Below, one piece after another: positions 12,591 through 25,090 of a DNA stretch of 64,000 nucleotides. Numbering within the stretch: position 1 is the first letter of the stretch; each line of letters starts with the position of its first letter. The translations under genes were made by a program, and so were the position numbers. A model generated the notes under the pieces. The model worked only from the letters and a program-made list of their open reading frames with translations, did not search any database and was not told where the DNA came from. Source of the DNA: Negaprion brevirostris (taxonomy: Eukaryota); assembly GCA_030324005.1 (NCBI GenBank), contig JARDVH010000059.1, forward strand, positions 112,316,082 to 112,380,081, read 5' to 3'.

Positions 12591-13292
12591 TTATTTTGAA
12601 GAATTTTATGTGCTTCAATAAAGTAATCTCTCATTCTTCTCAACTCCAGAAAGCATAGACCCATTCTACTCTATCTTTCTTCATAGGAACACACGCTTGT
12701 TTGGGAATTAATCCAGTGAATCTTTGTTGCATATTCTGTATCTTGGGTAAGGAGACCAAAACTGTTCTTTGGTACTCCATGTCTGGTCTGACCAATATAT
12801 ATAATTGCTGCAAGACTTCCATATTTTAACACTCTAACCCTCTTGCAATAAAAACTAAACTACCGTTTGCCTTGTTTGCTTTGTATCTTCACACACTTTA
12901 TTCCCTTGAGGAATATTGGGTGAGTGTTAGAAAGAGTAGTAGGCCGATTATCAATTTTTTGAACAAAGTCATTACTGTTCCTTTCATGGCCAACAAGTAC
13001 CTGGATTGCAACTTGAATTGGGAGCTTCTGGTTTTAGAGGCAAAGATACCGCCAACCTGAGCTGCAAAATCTGTTTACTTGTCAGCTTCCTATGATTTAT
13101 GCACAAGGACAGTCCAATGTCCAATCTGAATAGCAAGATTTATTCAGCCCCAACTTTTTACTCTTTTTCTATTCTGCCTACAAAGTAGCTAACTTCACAT
13201 TTCCTCTCCTTTATACTCCATCTTTCTGCCTACTCATTTAAATTTTCTGCATCCCAGTGCAGCTTCTTTGACTCCTCCTCACAGTTGTGAAG

Positions 13293-13568
13293 AAGCAGTA
13301 GCGTAGTGGTATTGTCATTGGACTGGAAGTCCAGAGACCCGGGATCATGCTCTGGGGACCCAGGTTTGAATCCCACCATAGCAGATGAAATTTGAATTTA
13401 GTAACAACCTGGATTTAAAGCAGAAGCAATTGTTGATTGTAGATAAAAATCCATCTAGTTCAGGAATGCCCTTTAGGAAAGGGAATCTGCCACCAAAGGA
13501 GCCACTGAGTTCAAGGGCAGTTGGGGATGGTGCAGCCAGCAACGCCCACACCCCGTGAATGAATAAAA
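13293..13568 (+). mobile_element. SacSINE1-like Deu-SINE
   Basis: tRNA-like head with B-box-like ggtttgaatccc, gggaatctgcc core, tail gccagcaacgcccacaccccgtgaatgaataaaa. Confidence 0.8.
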
Positions 13569-13654
13569 CATGTTGACCTGAAAATGACTTTTGTTCCTAC
13601 TCTATTTTCTTTCCATTAATCAATCTTAAATTCAGATTAGGCTTTTATGCCCTT

Positions 13655-14027
13655 GGTTTGATAACCATGTTCTGCGCACATGAGGATGGCCTCAACTGGG
13701 ATCTGGGGTTCGTGTCACACTACGTGTAACCCCCACCATTTGGCCTGGGCTTGCAAAACCCTACCAACTGCCCTGGCTTGAGACAATTCACACTTACTTA
13801 ACCTGTCATTGTCCCTCTCTCCATTCGCGTTGCCTGTACCTGTAAAGATTTGATTACCTGTAAAGACTCACATTCCAACCATTATCTTGCAATTGAGTCT
13901 GTCTATATCTGTCCAGTTTGTGAACCCAGCTCTCCACTCACCTGATATAGTCGCAGCGCTCGGAAAGCTTGTGATACCAAATAAATCTGTTGGTCTTCAG
14001 CCTGGTGTTGTGAGACTTCTTACTGTG
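13655..14027 (+). mobile_element. Penelope-like element 3' fragment: GIY-YIG C-terminus plus pLTR with decayed hammerhead
   Basis: 13658-13729 encodes LITMFCAHEDGLNWDLGFVSHYV*, the typical GLN.D end of the PLE endonuclease. Decayed hammerhead tcac-ctgatat...gaaagctt-gtga at 13938-13974. Confidence 0.85.
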
Positions 14028-14574
14028 CCCTTTTTGCAAAGTTATTTATTTAATTTTAAGTGGACAATCTTGCATGTTATCCATTGCACTAAGAAAACAT
14101 CTTTTGGAGTTGATTGCAAAGCAGGCACCCCTTGTTGGTGCTATAATCCCCTTCCCTCACCAATGCCACCGTTGCAAGAACGAGAGCCATCTGGAATCAG
14201 CCTGGGCCAGGGCATATAAAATATTCTGCAGCTGTAAGTAGATTTTAGTTTTGCACAGCATGACTCGCCATAACCTGTTTGAAGGTAATATGAGAAAGGC
14301 AGAAAATTTCTTCAGGCCACGAAGAGTTGGTTAGAGTCCATAGCATCCGTTGCAGAACTGAGCATGATTGACCAAATTACATTTTAATTATCTATTTATT
14401 TTTTTCTCCAGTGATATCCAGGACTTAAAGTGTCAAATTTTATTTAAGAATAAGGTCATGAGAACTTAAATATTTGGTAGGGTGTTTTTCAGGTCACTGG
14501 TGAATGTGCACATTACTACTTCAGTGACTTAATTTGTTTGGAAAATAGACTAACTCATTATTTTTTTCATGCAG

Positions 14575-14645
14575 CACACTCATGTTCCGAGGTTGATTCC
14601 CTTAATAACCAGCAATTGTACTTCAAAGTCAGTGGCTGTGAGAAG
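14575..14645 (+). CDS. CLASP2: CLASP2 exon (HTHVPRLIPLITSNCTSKSVAVRR)
   Basis: Acceptor tgcag|, donor |gtaaga; 71 nt, phase 0-2. Confidence 0.96.
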
Positions 14646-15329
14646 GTAAGATATTGAAATAAAGACTTTAACTCTTGTGTAGCTATTGGAAACCAAGAAA
14701 AACTGGCTACATGTTTAAAGTCCATTTTCAGTAAATTTTAAAATGTCAAAAATGGTGTGGCATTAACAGGGCCTATAAGAGTGGAAAACATGATGGGCAA
14801 AAAGACTTAGGCAGGAGTCGAAATTTGTTTCCCAACTTAAGATTCAGTCAGTGTTGTGTCAGTGGTGGAATGAGCATCATGTCATGGGCAGTGGGAACAT
14901 ACTTCGCATGCATCTGCGTACCATGAATACTCATTAAATGAGAACTGCACTGCATTAGGTCCTACCTTAAGTCAGCAGCATATGAAAAACCAATGCTCCC
15001 TGTTCCCTCACAGATTAAAGGTGGTGTACATGAGGCAGAGTTGTTCATTCTTTTGATCCTGGGTGATCTTTGTCTGGCTCATCAGCGCACAGAGAAGGAG
15101 AACAGGGTAGCAGATCCAGAGTAGCAAGGACAAAGGAGCACTGGATAGAAAATGGTGGTGATTCGGTCTTCAAAAGATGCAGCGGTTGGGCTGGCAAAAT
15201 GGTGGTGTTGGTTGATTCCTCAGACAGCACTATAGCAAAGCACTGGCATGTGTGGGGACAGCAGGGAAGGAGGTGCCTGAAGGGAGCCAGTCTCCATCCT
15301 CTCGGGGGAGGGGTTTGTCACTGCAGAGG

Positions 15330-15640
15330 TCTGGTCCTGTATATCCAAGGAAGACAGTAGTACCATACATGATAATTCAACAATAAGGAAATGGATATCA
15401 AGCATGAAGCCAGGCAGATCCGGCTCAACGTGGGTGGCTCAGTCGTCTGAGGGTTGATTGGGAGATACCTGTGGCAGATCAAGAATGTTGGAAGGGAACT
15501 CTAGGATGACAGCAGGAAAGCCAAGGGTGTCAGGTAGAAGGTTAAAGGCCACTGACTCTTGGTCATGGATGATGTTTGGCATTGATGGAAGATGGGAGGC
15601 AGCTTGAAGATGACAAAAGAGGGTAGATATGGATGAGCTG
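15330..15640 (-). mobile_element. Possible very decayed PIF/Harbinger transposase fragment
   Basis: Antisense gtcagtggcctttaaccttctac resembles the VTVALNFY segment of HARBI1-type transposases. Heavily degenerate. Confidence 0.3.
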
Positions 15641-15659
15641 CAGTGTCACTATGTGTCTG

Positions 15660-16196
15660 TCATAGAGGTTTACAGTGTGGAAAGAGGACCTTCTGCCCAA
15701 CTTGTCCATGCCACCCTTTTTTTAAACCACTAAGCTAGTCCCAATTGCCCGTGTTTGGCCTATATCCCTCTATATACCCATCTTACTCATGTAACTGTCT
15801 AAATGCTTTTTAAAAGACAAAATTACACCCGCCTCTGATATTACCTCTTTTAGTTTGTTCCAGACACTCGCTACCCTCTGTGTGAAAAGTTTGCCCCTCT
15901 GGACCCTTTTGTACCTCTCCCATCTCACCTTAAACCTATGCCCTCTAATTTTAGACTCCCTTACCTTTGGGAAAAGATGTTGACTATCTATCTGATTTAT
16001 GCCCTTTGTTATTTTATAGACCTCTCCAGCATCACCCCTAAGACTCCTACTCTCCAAAGGGAAAAGTCCCAGCCTATCCAGCCTCTCTTTATAACTCAAA
16101 CCACCAAGTCCTGGTAACGTCCTAGTAAATCTTTTCTGCACTCTTTCTAGTTTAATAATATCCTTTTTATAATAGGGTGACCAGAACTGTACACAG
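15660..16196 (-). mobile_element. CR1 LINE 3' end (ORF2 C-terminus plus 3' UTR)
   Basis: ORF 15770..16141 MQKRFTRTLPGLGGLSYKERLDRLGLFPLESRSLRGD...RGHRFKV...FTQRVASVWNKL. Confidence 0.93.
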
Positions 16197-16545
16197 ATGG
16201 ATTGGCCATGCTAAATTGTCCCTTAATGTCAGGGGGACTAGCTAGGGAAAATACATGGGGTTATGGGGATAGGGCCTGGGTGGGATTGTTGTCGGTGCAG
16301 ACTCGATGGGCCAAATGGCCTCCTTCTGCACTACAGGGATTGTGTGATTCTACCTGACTGAATGGCAGAACAGATTGGAAGGGCTGAATGGCCTGAAAGG
16401 GCTAAACAGCCTCCCCCTATTCCTGTAATCCAGGACATGTCCATCCATTACAGCGATAACAGGACAGCGCCAGTGAGGGGGATTTCCACAGTAACTTCAT
16501 TGCAGTGTTAATGTCAGCCTATTTGTGACACTAATAAACTTTAAA
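16197..16545 (+). mobile_element. HE1 3' half with CR1-type tail, followed by an isolated type-B SINE tail
   Basis: tggattggccatgctaaattg...agactcgatgggccaaatggcctccttctgcac. From about 16465: gggatttccacagtaacttcattgcagtgttaatg...gtgacactaataaac. Confidence 0.75.
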
Positions 16546-19265
16546 CAAGTGGCTGTGAGTGTAAAATCGAATGATGATACCTATTCATCTTCACTGTCTT
16601 CTTCCTCTTCTTTTTTTCTGGGAAGGTTCCAGACCTTAGGAATCTGAAATGAAAAGGAGCAAAGATTGTGCTGTGGTGAGAGGCAGGAGAAAATAAGATG
16701 TGCCTGCTTCCATCATCATTAATTCTAAGTCAAAGAAATTTTGGTGTGAGGGCTAAGTGAGATGCTGGAAGGAAGTTTAGGTATGCAGATATCTTTTTCA
16801 TCAATCTCTTCAATGCCACCAGTGGCCACAGCCTCATGCGTAAAGGAAAAATAAGATGGAATTAATACAGGATTAGCTTCAAAATTGCTTTGGGTAAACT
16901 CGCAGTGAAACATTTTAACAGTGGTCAAAATTAGCTTGCAAACGCAACAATGTGAAGTTACTGATTAGAAATGCATTTAATAAGTGGTATGCAATGCCAC
17001 TTGCTGTGACACTAGCATGAAAGCTACAGTACTAGCAAAACCACAAAACAGATAAATGAAACACTCTATCCCACGTTTTGTTATCTTGCTGGACTCAATA
17101 ACTTGATGAAGCAACATCGACCAGCATGACCATAATGTTAAATCCAATTTCAGGAATAAATTCAAAGTAATATTTCTGAGAAATCGAATAGTTGCCCTCA
17201 TTGCAATTACCAAATACAGGATATTACTTAGAGTCAGTTTATGATTTGAACAAATGATCATCTTCCATGATTCCCTTACTTGTACAAGCCCAAAATTCAT
17301 TATAACTATCTCAACCCAGACTTGAATCTTCAGATTTGTCAGAGAGATCGGTAGATTGACTTCAGACCTGCTCTGAACCTAGCAAATCTTGCCTGGGGAT
17401 TAAGGTAATATTACTTTAATATTTGATGGAAATCCTTCCTCACTGACTTAGCTGTTCTTAGAATTCTTACATTTGTAACCAAATAAAGTAATTGCTGGAT
17501 CCTCTTACAGAAATAAGAATTAGTTATCTATTCTTTTTGGGATTTATTTAGCTTTATGAATTATACTCTTGGTATAACCACCATTTCACACACTTTCTTG
17601 TTGTCATAAATTTGTGTGTATTTTTAAAACCTAAACTTCTGTTTCAAACACATAGTGAGCCCAACTCTTATTCCCCTAATGGTACAAAAGTATTTACTGA
17701 GGAATTAGACACATCATATTTGGGAGGATTCCAATCAAGCTAAAATATTGTTAAAATTTAGACTATCAGGAGGCAGGTAAAACTCCTGAGTGATTGTCTT
17801 CCTTTGGTTAAGTGGCAGGTTAGATTCACTAAAACCCAAAAATATGTTCCTGAGTCTGGTTTCCTCTGGCTGAGGTTGAGGGAGATTATTCAGGGGACAT
17901 ATCTGATCTTCTAGTTCCAAAATATAGGGATTGGACAAACGCCACACGTGCTACCCCCTACCCATGATAGGCACCACTGGTTCCTCTGTGGGGGTTTTAG
18001 CTCTTGTCCCCTTCCAGTCTTTTGCTGTTGTTTGCAAACGAGAGTGAAGTGTTTCAGTCTGTGTCCTGTTACATGTTTGGGTGATAACACTCTCGATTGA
18101 ATAGCTGCCAGTATTTGCAAGCTGTAAGTTGGTGGGCACAAGGCTTGCAACCATCCTCATTGTGTGAGAGCAAGATAAATGTCTAGGTTTTCAGCTACCC
18201 TTGAGTGCAGCTGCAGGCAGGCATTGAAAATTGTGATCCCGGAGGGTGTCACTCGACCCTAATGTCTCCAGAGCGTGATGTAAATTTCAAAAGGCAGGAT
18301 AGGGTTAGATGGTAACCCACATGCCTCCTATTAACTGGCTGTTGAGCTCATTAAAAGGCATTAGAGAAGCAGTCATAAATTTCAATTAGGAGGCCGGGGG
18401 AGGACAGACAGTGCCTGGAACATGTCAGGGTGCAGCTGTCATGAACACAGCAGGACCCNNNNNNNNNNAATGGATGCACGGTCAACATTGTTTAGAAGTG
18501 AAGAATAATACTCAGCTGCTCAAGAGAAGCACAGAGTTAGCATTCCTGGGGCTGAGAGGCTTGCATTTGTGAACAGTCAGCAGTAGAACTCCTGAGGGGG
18601 ATCGTGTGGCTCCTGGGATCACTTGGTGATCAGACAAGGGTTTAAGGAAGCCCTGGCGATCGAATGAATGGCAGCGGAAGAAGCAAGCTTCTCTGATATT
18701 GGATAGAGCAGTGAGATGGAGCTTTAGTAGAATCATCCTCCTGGTACAGAGGAGGCCAGAGGAAGACAGGGTGCAGAGAAGATCTGACTCAAATATTGGG
18801 TGTGTCACTCAAAAGTGAGTTACCTACAAATGACAGTGCTGTAGGACAAGGTAGAGGGACCGAGCATTGGGAGGAAGGGGCCCAAAAGCGTTACCCCCTT
18901 TCCCTTGCTGCCAACCCCAACCTCTTCCATGTTCCCCCTCCCACCATATCTCACCTCTGGCCTCTGATCCAACAGTGATTCCACACCTAGGGTGGGTATA
19001 GTGGAGTACCACTGCTACTGGCAGAGCTACTGTCTCTTCTATGGCCCTGACTGGCCAACAGCCCTTGGCTGGCAGCATATTTAGACCTGCGGTCCTTGAT
19101 CACAGAAAAGATTCACTGCTGTCTAGCAAAGTGCCTGAATGGCATTTAATGGTCTTTCCCCAATGAGATGACTCAGGGCTGTTGCTGGATCTCCAGCTGA
19201 TGGGCAAGATCCCATTGCCTCCATCAAATACCACCTGTTACATACATCTGACAACGTCATGGCAC

Positions 19266-19605
19266 CTTGAAAGCGGAGTCACAGGTGGACAGAGTGGTGA
19301 AGAAGGCATTTGGCATGCTTGGTTTCATCGATCAGAACATTGAATACAGGAGTTGGGACGTCTTGTTGAAGTTGTACAAGACATTGGTAAGGCCACACTT
19401 GGAATACTNNNNNNNNNNNNNNNNNNNNNNNNNNNNNNNNNNNNNNNNNNNNNNNNNNNNNNNNNNNNNNNNNNNNNNNNNNNNNNNNNNNNNNNNNNNN
19501 NNNNNNNNCAGAAGTAAGACTCACCGGTCTATAATTCCCAGCAAAGTCTCTGTTCCCCTTCTTAAACAATGGGACAACATTCGCTGTCCTCCAATCCTCC
19601 GGGAC
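19266..19605. mobile_element. CR1 ORF2 fragments either side of a gap (+ then -)
   Basis: KAESQVDRVVKKAFGMLGFIDQNIEYRSWDVLLKLYKTLVRPHLEY on +; FKKGNRDFAGNYRPVSLTS on -. Confidence 0.88.
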
Positions 19606-20733
19606 TACACCAAATGGGGAGACATGCCTGGATTGTCAGGGACAACCTCATCTTTAATCATTTTGCTGAGGAATGAGACTTGCATGATTATCAACACTTC
19701 ATGTGCAACCTTTGCCTGCTCTGTGTTCACCCCTACAAGTATCTATTTGGAGCTACCTCACAGACCAAATCCTCTAATCCATAGAAGGTCAAAGGAAGTG
19801 GATGTTTATCTCAGAATAAAAAAAAATGGCTTTACACTGCCACATATTTAACTGAAGCTATTATGAGCCATCTTTCTGCTATTTGCCCCCATTGACATGG
19901 CATGAATGCCCAATCACTTTGCATGCTTGCTTGCATTTTGAACTTCAGATCTAGATATGGACCAAATAGCTGGCTCCTTTACCAGTAGTAAAGTAAGAAC
20001 CAATTACTTCAGGGTGGAACAAGGTACAAGAAGCAAATGAAAATGAACATCACCTCCCTCTGCTTAGACATCCCTTTTCTCAACATTTCTCTCTCTCCTC
20101 CTGACACCAGGCTCATGCCCCTCCTTCCCCACTCCTTCACCAGAGTCCCCCACCACTCTCCCTGCCACCACAAACTAATTTCTCAGCTCTCTCAGAAGAG
20201 TATGTTTACCCCTCCTAGGCTGGAAATAGAATACAAACATTGTCCTTTTCCATAGTTCTGTCCAGTCACTGCTAACTATGGACTAGACTACATTTACGGA
20301 ACAAGATGGGCGCTTCAAGCTCCCCTACTTGCTAGACACCTGGATTTGCAAAGTTGCACTGGTTTGTCTTGCCGCTTGCTTTGTAAGATGACTTTTTTTG
20401 CCTACTCAGAGATGTTCAGACCCTTAGTAAACAAATGATTTAGATTCCTTGAACATAAGAGATTTTCATGGAACAAACAAAATTTATGACATGTATCATC
20501 ATCAAGAGAAAAAAGAATCCTTTCCCGAGGTAGTCATGTTCTTTCAAATAAAAGCAAATCTGAAATAAAAATGGAAAATGTCATAAATATTCAGCAAGTC
20601 AAGCAGCATCTGTGGAGAGAGGAAGTGTTAATGGGTGAAATCTCGTTGAGGCTTCCATGGTATTGCAGCCTGGAGAGCCAGAATGAAATCCAGGCTGCTT
20701 TTTTTTTGGAAAGGCCTGTCAAAGCACAAACTA

Positions 20734-20870
20734 TGATGTAGAGATGCCAGCGTTGGACTGCGGTAAACACAGTAAGAAATCTCACAACACCAGGTTAGAG
20801 TCCAATCAGTTTATTTGATAGTAATCTTACAAGCTTTCAGAAACCAGTGTTCCTTCGTCAGGTGTGTGGA
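20734..20870 (-). mobile_element. Penelope pLTR fragment
   Basis: Shares gttggact...aaacacagtaagaa..ctcacaacaccaggtta..gtccaa with the other PLE copies. Confidence 0.8.
20827..20865 (-). ncRNA. Minimal type I hammerhead ribozyme motif (Penelope-associated)
   Basis: Reverse complement: acac-CUGACGA-aggaac-acug-guuucu-GAAA-gc-UU-guaa. Core intact, 6-bp stem II, palindromic AAGCUU stem III; stem I only 2 bp. Confidence 0.65.
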
Positions 20871-21951
20871 AGGTAAACAGGCAATGGCGAAGTCAGTGGC
20901 ATTCTTTACCCTGAAATCAAAACCCTGGGATCCAAGTCTTCCCTGCTGAGAGCTGCTGGCTATTAGGCTGTCACATCTTCTGCACAGTGCCATAGAAAAC
21001 AAAGTGACTGCTGCTGGAAAAATGCCTACTTGGAATCACAGGATCTTGAAGTGACACAGGTAACTACCATGTTGGTAAGTAAGGACTACAATAGGCGGTG
21101 GGCGAGAAGGTTGCCTAGAGGCCTTCCTGCCCAGAACTTAATGCTGGCTCAGGCATGAAGACTTTGGGTTTCAGTACACCACCATCCCACCTAATTATAT
21201 CTCTTTCACACCTCCAAGCTCATTACCAGTAATAACACAAGATTCTGCCCAGTGTTTCAGTGATGAGTCTTTAACTCTGTTTCTTTTCACAGTTGCAGAT
21301 TAACTTGCTGTGTACTTTATTTTAGCATTTTCTGTTTTCGTTCAAGGTCATTTTCATGGGTAGTTTGTGTTGAATCTATTTTTGTCAAAGAATTCTGAAA
21401 GAATTACTGCTCAATTTAATGCAGAGATGTTTCATTTCTAAATTAGTGATAATCAGCAATAAATAAATTAGGCCCATATCAAAGATGAGTTTGCTTAATT
21501 TTTGACATTGAGGAGAATAGGAAATGAGTAAAACCTTGCATGAAAACTATTGTAGTTATTCAAAGTAGTATTTTCATGTAAAGTAAGAATTTGTTGCTTT
21601 ACATTTAACCTCGTTTCACAAGCATGCTCATCAGTTTTCCCTCTGAAACATGAGAAAAGCACATGTAAAATCATAACATCTATTCACACTGGGGAGGTCA
21701 TTATTATGTCACCTATAAATGGAAGCATAATGTAACGAGATAATAGTATTTTGGTAAATTTATTCTCCAGAGTGTAAAATATGTCAAAGGTCTTAAAAAA
21801 AAAAAGTAACTGAGGACATGGTACCTGAGAGGCTAACAGAACAGAAAATTGTAACAATACTACTTTCAAAATATACCAGGCTTTTGGTCATCATCATTGT
21901 ACTGAAGTTGGCCTTTTATCAAGGAAGCTGTAGTTTCTTGACTGGAATCAA

Positions 21952-21997
21952 GTGTGTGTGTGTGTGCGCGTGCGCGTGTGCATGTGTGTGTGCGCGC
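21952..21997. repeat. Alternating purine-pyrimidine (TG/CG) microsatellite, 46 bp
   Basis: gtgtgtgtgtgtgtgcgcgtgcgcgtgtgcatgtgtgtgtgcgcgc. Confidence 0.9.
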
Positions 21998-23189
21998 TCT
22001 CAAGTGTGAGAAAGAAACAAAGAGGAATCATAATGGTTGCAGTAGCCTTGTCCTACTCCTGTGGGCTGGCAATGAACAGATAGTACTTGTGCACTCAGGA
22101 AGGAGTGGATCAAGTGTTCTTGACTCCTATTCATGTTTTCGAGACAGGAGATTGAAGTTTAATTCCAATTTTGGTAGAACTGTTTCTATGACAGGTTAAA
22201 ATTACAAATAAGTGCTAAAGTTTGATTTATCTTTTTCAACTTCCTCTTTAAACATTATATTAAATCCCTGAGATAACACTTTGGTTTGTAAATGTACATT
22301 TTGTGATGTGAAGGGAAACACTGTATTTGGCCAGAAGGGATACTTTGCTGCTTTAGATATTACTCATTTGGACAGAAGTTAAAAAGCTAGCTGGGCCCTG
22401 AAATATGGTGCAATCCTAGCATGGCTGGCTGATTCCACTGTTCATGTGGATCTTAGAGCCTTTATAATGAGGAAAATATTTTTGGGCATTGCAGTACCAT
22501 TGGCAGTTCTTACGATTATGACTTTTAGAAGGTGATTGTTTTTCAACTGTCACTTAAGTTCAGCATAAAAGAAAGAGACACAATCTTCAATGACTCCTGC
22601 CTTATAACAAGTCTGTGTGACTTAGGACTGGGCTGGGCCCAGGAGTGACTCTTGAAATGTACACAGTGTGTCACACCTGAAAACAAAGGCTGAGGCTTAC
22701 TGTTGACAGACATTCTGGCCTGGATTTTCACTCTCGGGTTGGTCACTGGGAATTGGGGAATTTCCCAAGCCCATAGCACTCAAAGAAAGAAGTACATGAA
22801 TGGTGGGATCTTGGAGCAGATGGAGTCAGACCCACCACTCCCGGATGCAGATCAGAGGCTGCCACTGGGGCTGCTGAGTGCCAAGTTTGGTTCTCTGAGA
22901 ATTTGACCCAGTCCTTTTCTCAAACGTTTAAGCCCTTACCCAATTCTCTTGCCCATACCTGCTACTCCTGGACCCAACCACTTTCAATGGCCCCTAAAAC
23001 CTTCCATGCCAATCCATGAATCACAGTAAGAAGTCTGACAACACCAGGTTCCCCAGGGTCCCTTTAAGACCACAAAAGAACGTGCAAATAGGAACCGAAG
23101 TTGGCCCCTAAAGCCTGCTGTGTCATTCAATAAGATGATGGCCGATCTGTTAGTGTTTCAAATTCTATATTCTGCTTTACTCCCAATAA

Positions 23190-23477
23190 CCGTAGAATCC
23201 CTCCAGTGCAGAAAGAGGTCGTGGAGTCTGCACAGACTGTCTGAAAGAGCATGGACTTCCCCTTCGTCCTAACCCCCTAATCCTATTTACCATGGTAAAT
23301 CCACCTAACCAATACATCTTTAGGCACTAAGCGGCAATTTATCATGGGTAATCTATCTAACCTGCACATATCTTTGGACTGAGAAGAAACCGGAGCACTC
23401 AGAGGAAACCCATGCAGACACAGGGAAAACATGCAAACTCCGTATAGGCACCCAAGGCCAGAATTAAACCCAGGTCC
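23190..23477 (-). mobile_element. HE1-like SINE with CR1-type tail, head in gap
   Basis: Reverse complement of ggagtttgcatgttttccctgtgtctgcatgggtttcctc core. Tail ends in gattcta. Confidence 0.82.
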
Positions 23478-23577
23478 NNNNNNNNNNNNNNNNNNNNNNN
23501 NNNNNNNNNNNNNNNNNNNNNNNNNNNNNNNNNNNNNNNNNNNNNNNNNNNNNNNNNNNNNNNNNNNNNNNNNNNNN

Positions 23578-24060
23578 ACTCTCACCATACAGATGCACCA
23601 TAGGAAGCGTTCTTTCTGGTTGTATCACAGCTTGGTGTGGCTCCTGCTCTGCCCAGGACTGCAAGGAACCACAAAAGGTCGTAACTGTAGCCCAATCCAT
23701 CACGCAAACCAGCCTCCCATCCATTGACTCTGTCTAGACTTCCAGCTGCCTCGGCAAAGTTGCCAACATAATTAAGAACCCCACGCACCCTGGGCTTTTT
23801 CTTCTACCTTCTTCCATCGGGGAAAAAGGTACAAAAGTTTGAGGTCACATACCAACCGAGTCAAGAACAGCTTCTTCCCTGCTGCTGTCAGACTTTTGAA
23901 TGGACGTACCTTGCATTAAATTGACCTTTACACTCTGGCTATGATTGTAACACCACATTCTGCATTCTCTCATTTCCTTCTCTGAGTGGGATGTTTTGTC
24001 TGTATAGCGCAAAAGAAACAATTATGTTAATACATGTGGCAATCATAAATCAAATCAAAG
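23578..24060 (+). mobile_element. Rex1/Babar-like LINE 3' fragment
   Basis: Decayed RCTI.S.LSGCITAWCGSCSAQDCKEPQKVV segment; ends in (aatca)n. Confidence 0.8.
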
Positions 24061-24429
24061 ACCATTCAAATTCCTACATACTTCAATCAAGTCATCCCTC
24101 ACCTTCTTGAACTCCAGTGGAAACAAACCTTATGAAGACAACCCACTCATTCCAGGTTCAGTCTCGCAAATCAATCTGAATATGTTTACAATCTTCCATA
24201 AATATGACCAAGAGTGCACATGATATTCAAGATGTCTGTCACTACTGTCCTTGATTTTTATGTTCAATTCTTCTTGCAATAAAATATAGCATTCCATTAG
24301 CCTTCTTAATTACTTGCATACTAACTTTGTGATTCGTACACTAGAACGCCTAGATCCCTTAGAATTCTGTAGCTGTTCTCCATTTAACTAATATTCTGCC
24401 TCTTTTGTTCCTGCCAAAGTGAACAACGT

Positions 24430-25090
24430 CTCATAGAGGGACTGATGTATGAGGAAAGATTGACTGACTAGGGTCAGATTGTTTTTGCTGGAGTTGAGAT
24501 GAAAGGAGGGGGAATCTCATCGAGACTTAAAATTCTAGCAGGACTTGATAGGGTAGACGCAGGGAGGATATTCCCAATTGAGGGAAGTCCAGAACCAGGG
24601 GTCACATTTTGAGGATTCAGGACACAGGGAGGTGCCAGTGTTTGAAGTTGGAGATGAGTTTCGTGGGAGTAGTGGTGTTGGAGGCTAAGCTCTAGTGAAT
24701 AAATAGCAGTCTGGCATAGGTGTCCTTGTTATCTAGATGTTCCAGGGTTGTGTGCAGGGCCAGGGAGATGGCATCTACTGTGGATCTGTTGCAGCGACAG
24801 GCAAATTGTAGTGGATCCAGATATTTAGGACGGAGGTGAGGAGACATTACTTCACCCAAAAAGTGGTGAACCTGTGGAATTCATTACCACAGGAAGTAGT
24901 TGATGCCAAACATTGAATGTATTCAAGAGGTAGCTGTATATAACTGTTGGAGCAAATGGGATCAAAGGTTATGGGGGAAAAAGCAAGGTTAGGCTATTGA
25001 GTTGGATGATCAGCCATGATTGTGAATGGCTGAGGAGGCTCAAACGGCCTAATGGACTCCTTCTGTTCCTTTCTTCTATGTTTCTATGTA
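24430..25090 (+). mobile_element. CR1 3' fragment interrupted by an internal Rex1 RT piece
   Basis: CR1 C-terminal and 3' UTR sequence on both sides of 24621-24820. Confidence 0.8.
24621..24820 (-). mobile_element. Internal Rex1 reverse-transcriptase fragment
   Basis: Antisense translation [41 protein letters not shown]. Confidence 0.85.

Noticed and set aside
16930-19260. Harbinger transposase or other coding remnants
   Set aside because: Repeat-like character, but I could not read any diagnostic motif.
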